A stretch of DNA of 60,554 nt, counting the filler. It is 7 parts of 7 records of this genome, joined end to end, with 100 filler letters (N's around TTAATTAATTAA, not from the genome) between each part and the next. Parts side by side here need not be neighbours in the genome. Positions count along the whole stretch, not along the records: positions 54,600 to 60,554 come from SRR31156797_51235; 6 more parts are not named here. One strand, given 5' to 3'. Positions 59,332 through 60,554 of this stretch are shown piece by piece. Both the position numbers and the translations under genes were made by a program. The notes beneath the pieces are model-generated. The model ran no database searches. It had not been told where the DNA came from and saw only the letters and a list, made by a program, of their open reading frames with translations. How positions within the stretch are numbered: position 1 is the stretch's first letter; every line of letters begins with the position of its first letter.

Positions 59332-59580
59332 ACGCTCTCTTCAGCAGGGGAAAAAGGCCGCTATGGCTATAGAGACATAGAACGTTGAATGGGCTTTGAA
59401 ACTGGCCCTCATCGCCGTATTCGGTCTGATCTGCAACAGTATGATCCGGGTGGAATTCGGGGCCATCGCAGGGATGCAGGCCTCGATGGGTATGGTGGCC
59501 GCAGGACTTTCTCTACAGCTTTTTTCTACACTGTTTTTCTCACTCATATGGTTGGAGTGGAGCTTGTCTTCTATTGATCT

Positions 59581-60554
59581 ATGCTGGAATCTTTGATTAC
59601 ATACCCGCTTATCATCATCTTCGTTGCCGCATTGGCTGCGTCCCTATCCGGATTACCGGCATTCAAACCGTATCTGCCGGCTCCACGGCTGGGATGGATC
59701 CTGGCCGCAGCCCCGCTATCCGCATTTTTACTGCTGGTATCACTGATTCCCTCCCTGCAGGCGAACCTGGTGTATACGTGGCAGATGATGTGGCTGCCCT
59801 CGGTAGGTTTGACGATCGGCTTCTATCTTGACAGCCTGAGCGCCCTTTTCTCCCTGCTGATCACCTTCATTGGCACCCTGGTGGTGGTTTATGCCGGCCA
59901 CTACTTTAAAAAAGACCGGGGAGCCTGGCGGTTTTTTACCTATATTTTTCTTTTTATGGGTGCCATGCTGGGACTGGTTATGGCCGGCGATGGGATCACC
60001 CTTTTTATCTTTTGGGAAGGAACCAGCATCGTATCATTCTTGCTGGTGGCGTACAACTCAAAAGACCCCAGTGCCCGGCAAGGTGCGTTCAAAGCACTTT
60101 TCATTACCGCCGGTGGTGGAATCGCCCTGCTGGTGGGATTGCTTTTCATTGCCCACGTGGTTGGCGATACTCGCTTTATCGCTATTTTAGACAGTGGAGA
60201 AGTTCTCAGGCAGAGTCCTTTGTACCTCATCATCCTGGTTCTGGTATCCCTGGGTGCGTTTACCAAAAGTGCCCAATTCCCCTTTCACATCTGGTTACCG
60301 GATGCCATGAGCGCCCCCACACCGGCCAGTGCGTACCTGCATTCAGCGACCATGGTCAAAGCCGGCATCTACCTGATGGCACGGTTCCATCCGGTTCTCG
60401 GTCTGACAGAACCTTGGTTCTGGCTGCTGACCCTGACCGGGATGACCACCATGTTAACCGGGGGGATTATCGGTCTGAAGAAGAATGATTTGAAAGCCGT
60501 GTTGGCCTACTCCACCATTTGCCAACTGGGCATTTTAATGATGATGATCGGTCA
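59581..60554 (+). CDS. mrpA: Mrp-type Na+/H+ antiporter subunit A (3'-truncated; not in ORF track)
   Basis: Manual translation from ATG 59581 gives FIFWE and TKSAQFPFHIWLPDAMSAPTPASAYLHSATMVKAGIYL. Runs off the window. Confidence 0.9.
   Translation, partial: MLESLITYPLIIIFVAALAASLSGLPAFKPYLPAPRLGWILAAAPLSAFLLLVSLIPSLQANLVYTWQMMWLPSVGLTIGFYLDSLSALFSLLITFIGTLVVVYAGHYFKKDRGAWRFFTYIFLFMGAMLGLVMAGDGITLFIFWEGTSIVSFLLVAYNSKDPSARQGAFKALFITAGGGIALLVGLLFIAHVVGDTRFIAILDSGEVLRQSPLYLIILVLVSLGAFTKSAQFPFHIWLPDAMSAPTPASAYLHSATMVKAGIYLMARFHPVLGLTEPWFWLLTLTGMTTMLTGGIIGLKKNDLKAVLAYSTICQLGILMMMIG

Noticed and set aside
59396-59596. 66-aa hydrophobic ORF upstream of mrpA
   Set aside because: TTG start with no clear SD and no family motif. 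It cannot be supported without a homology search.
1-60554. CRISPR array, rRNA, transposase or prophage
   Set aside because: No regularly spaced direct repeats, rRNA-like sequence or mobile-element genes were seen.

Overview
This window is not one locus. It is seven unrelated contigs joined by six artificial 100-nt spacers (N44-TTAATTAATTAA-N44), so no linkage can be inferred across them. Taxonomic labels are inferred from gene content and composition. (1) 1-12853, Desulfovibrionaceae-like housekeeping DNA: rpoD 3' end, cbiB, GT-C-like membrane protein, proC, ndk, ABC transporter, envC-like/ctpA/deacetylase, HhH-GPD. (2) 12954-26245, Desulfobacterota-like: sigma54 activator, orphan PilB/GspE ATPase with tandem MshEN motifs coupled to a degenerate REC-GGDEF protein, flavodoxin, PagL-like protein, HAD, EamA, flavin oxidoreductase, AAA ATPase, a GTAG REP doublet, an oleB-like gene and a hybrid kinase. 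(3) 26346-32733, Alphaproteobacterium: gyrA, coaD, tRNA-Lys, LpxR-like, AI-2E, dctP. (4) 32834-42769, Vibrio-like: ATP-grasp/alpha-E/transglutaminase operon. (5) 42870-49112, Desulfobacterota-like: pfaD-pfaA PUFA synthase genes and livH. (6) 49213-54499, Bacteroidota: AraC, GNAT, CPBP protease and fabF, flanked by tiny Pro-rich lipopeptide genes that the ORF track missed. (7) 54600-60554, Desulfobacterota-like: Ser/Thr kinase, large degenerate-GGDEF protein, FeS protein/membrane partner and mrpA. The best candidate for an undescribed system is in contig 6: a family of paralogous 52-58 aa lipoprotein-signal peptides (CS[ED]DxYYEDP plus Pro-rich tail) with a duplicated 21-bp-repeat operator next to an AraC gene. 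Other notable items are a PfaD with an integrase-arm-like N-terminus and two probable c-di-GMP receptor modules.
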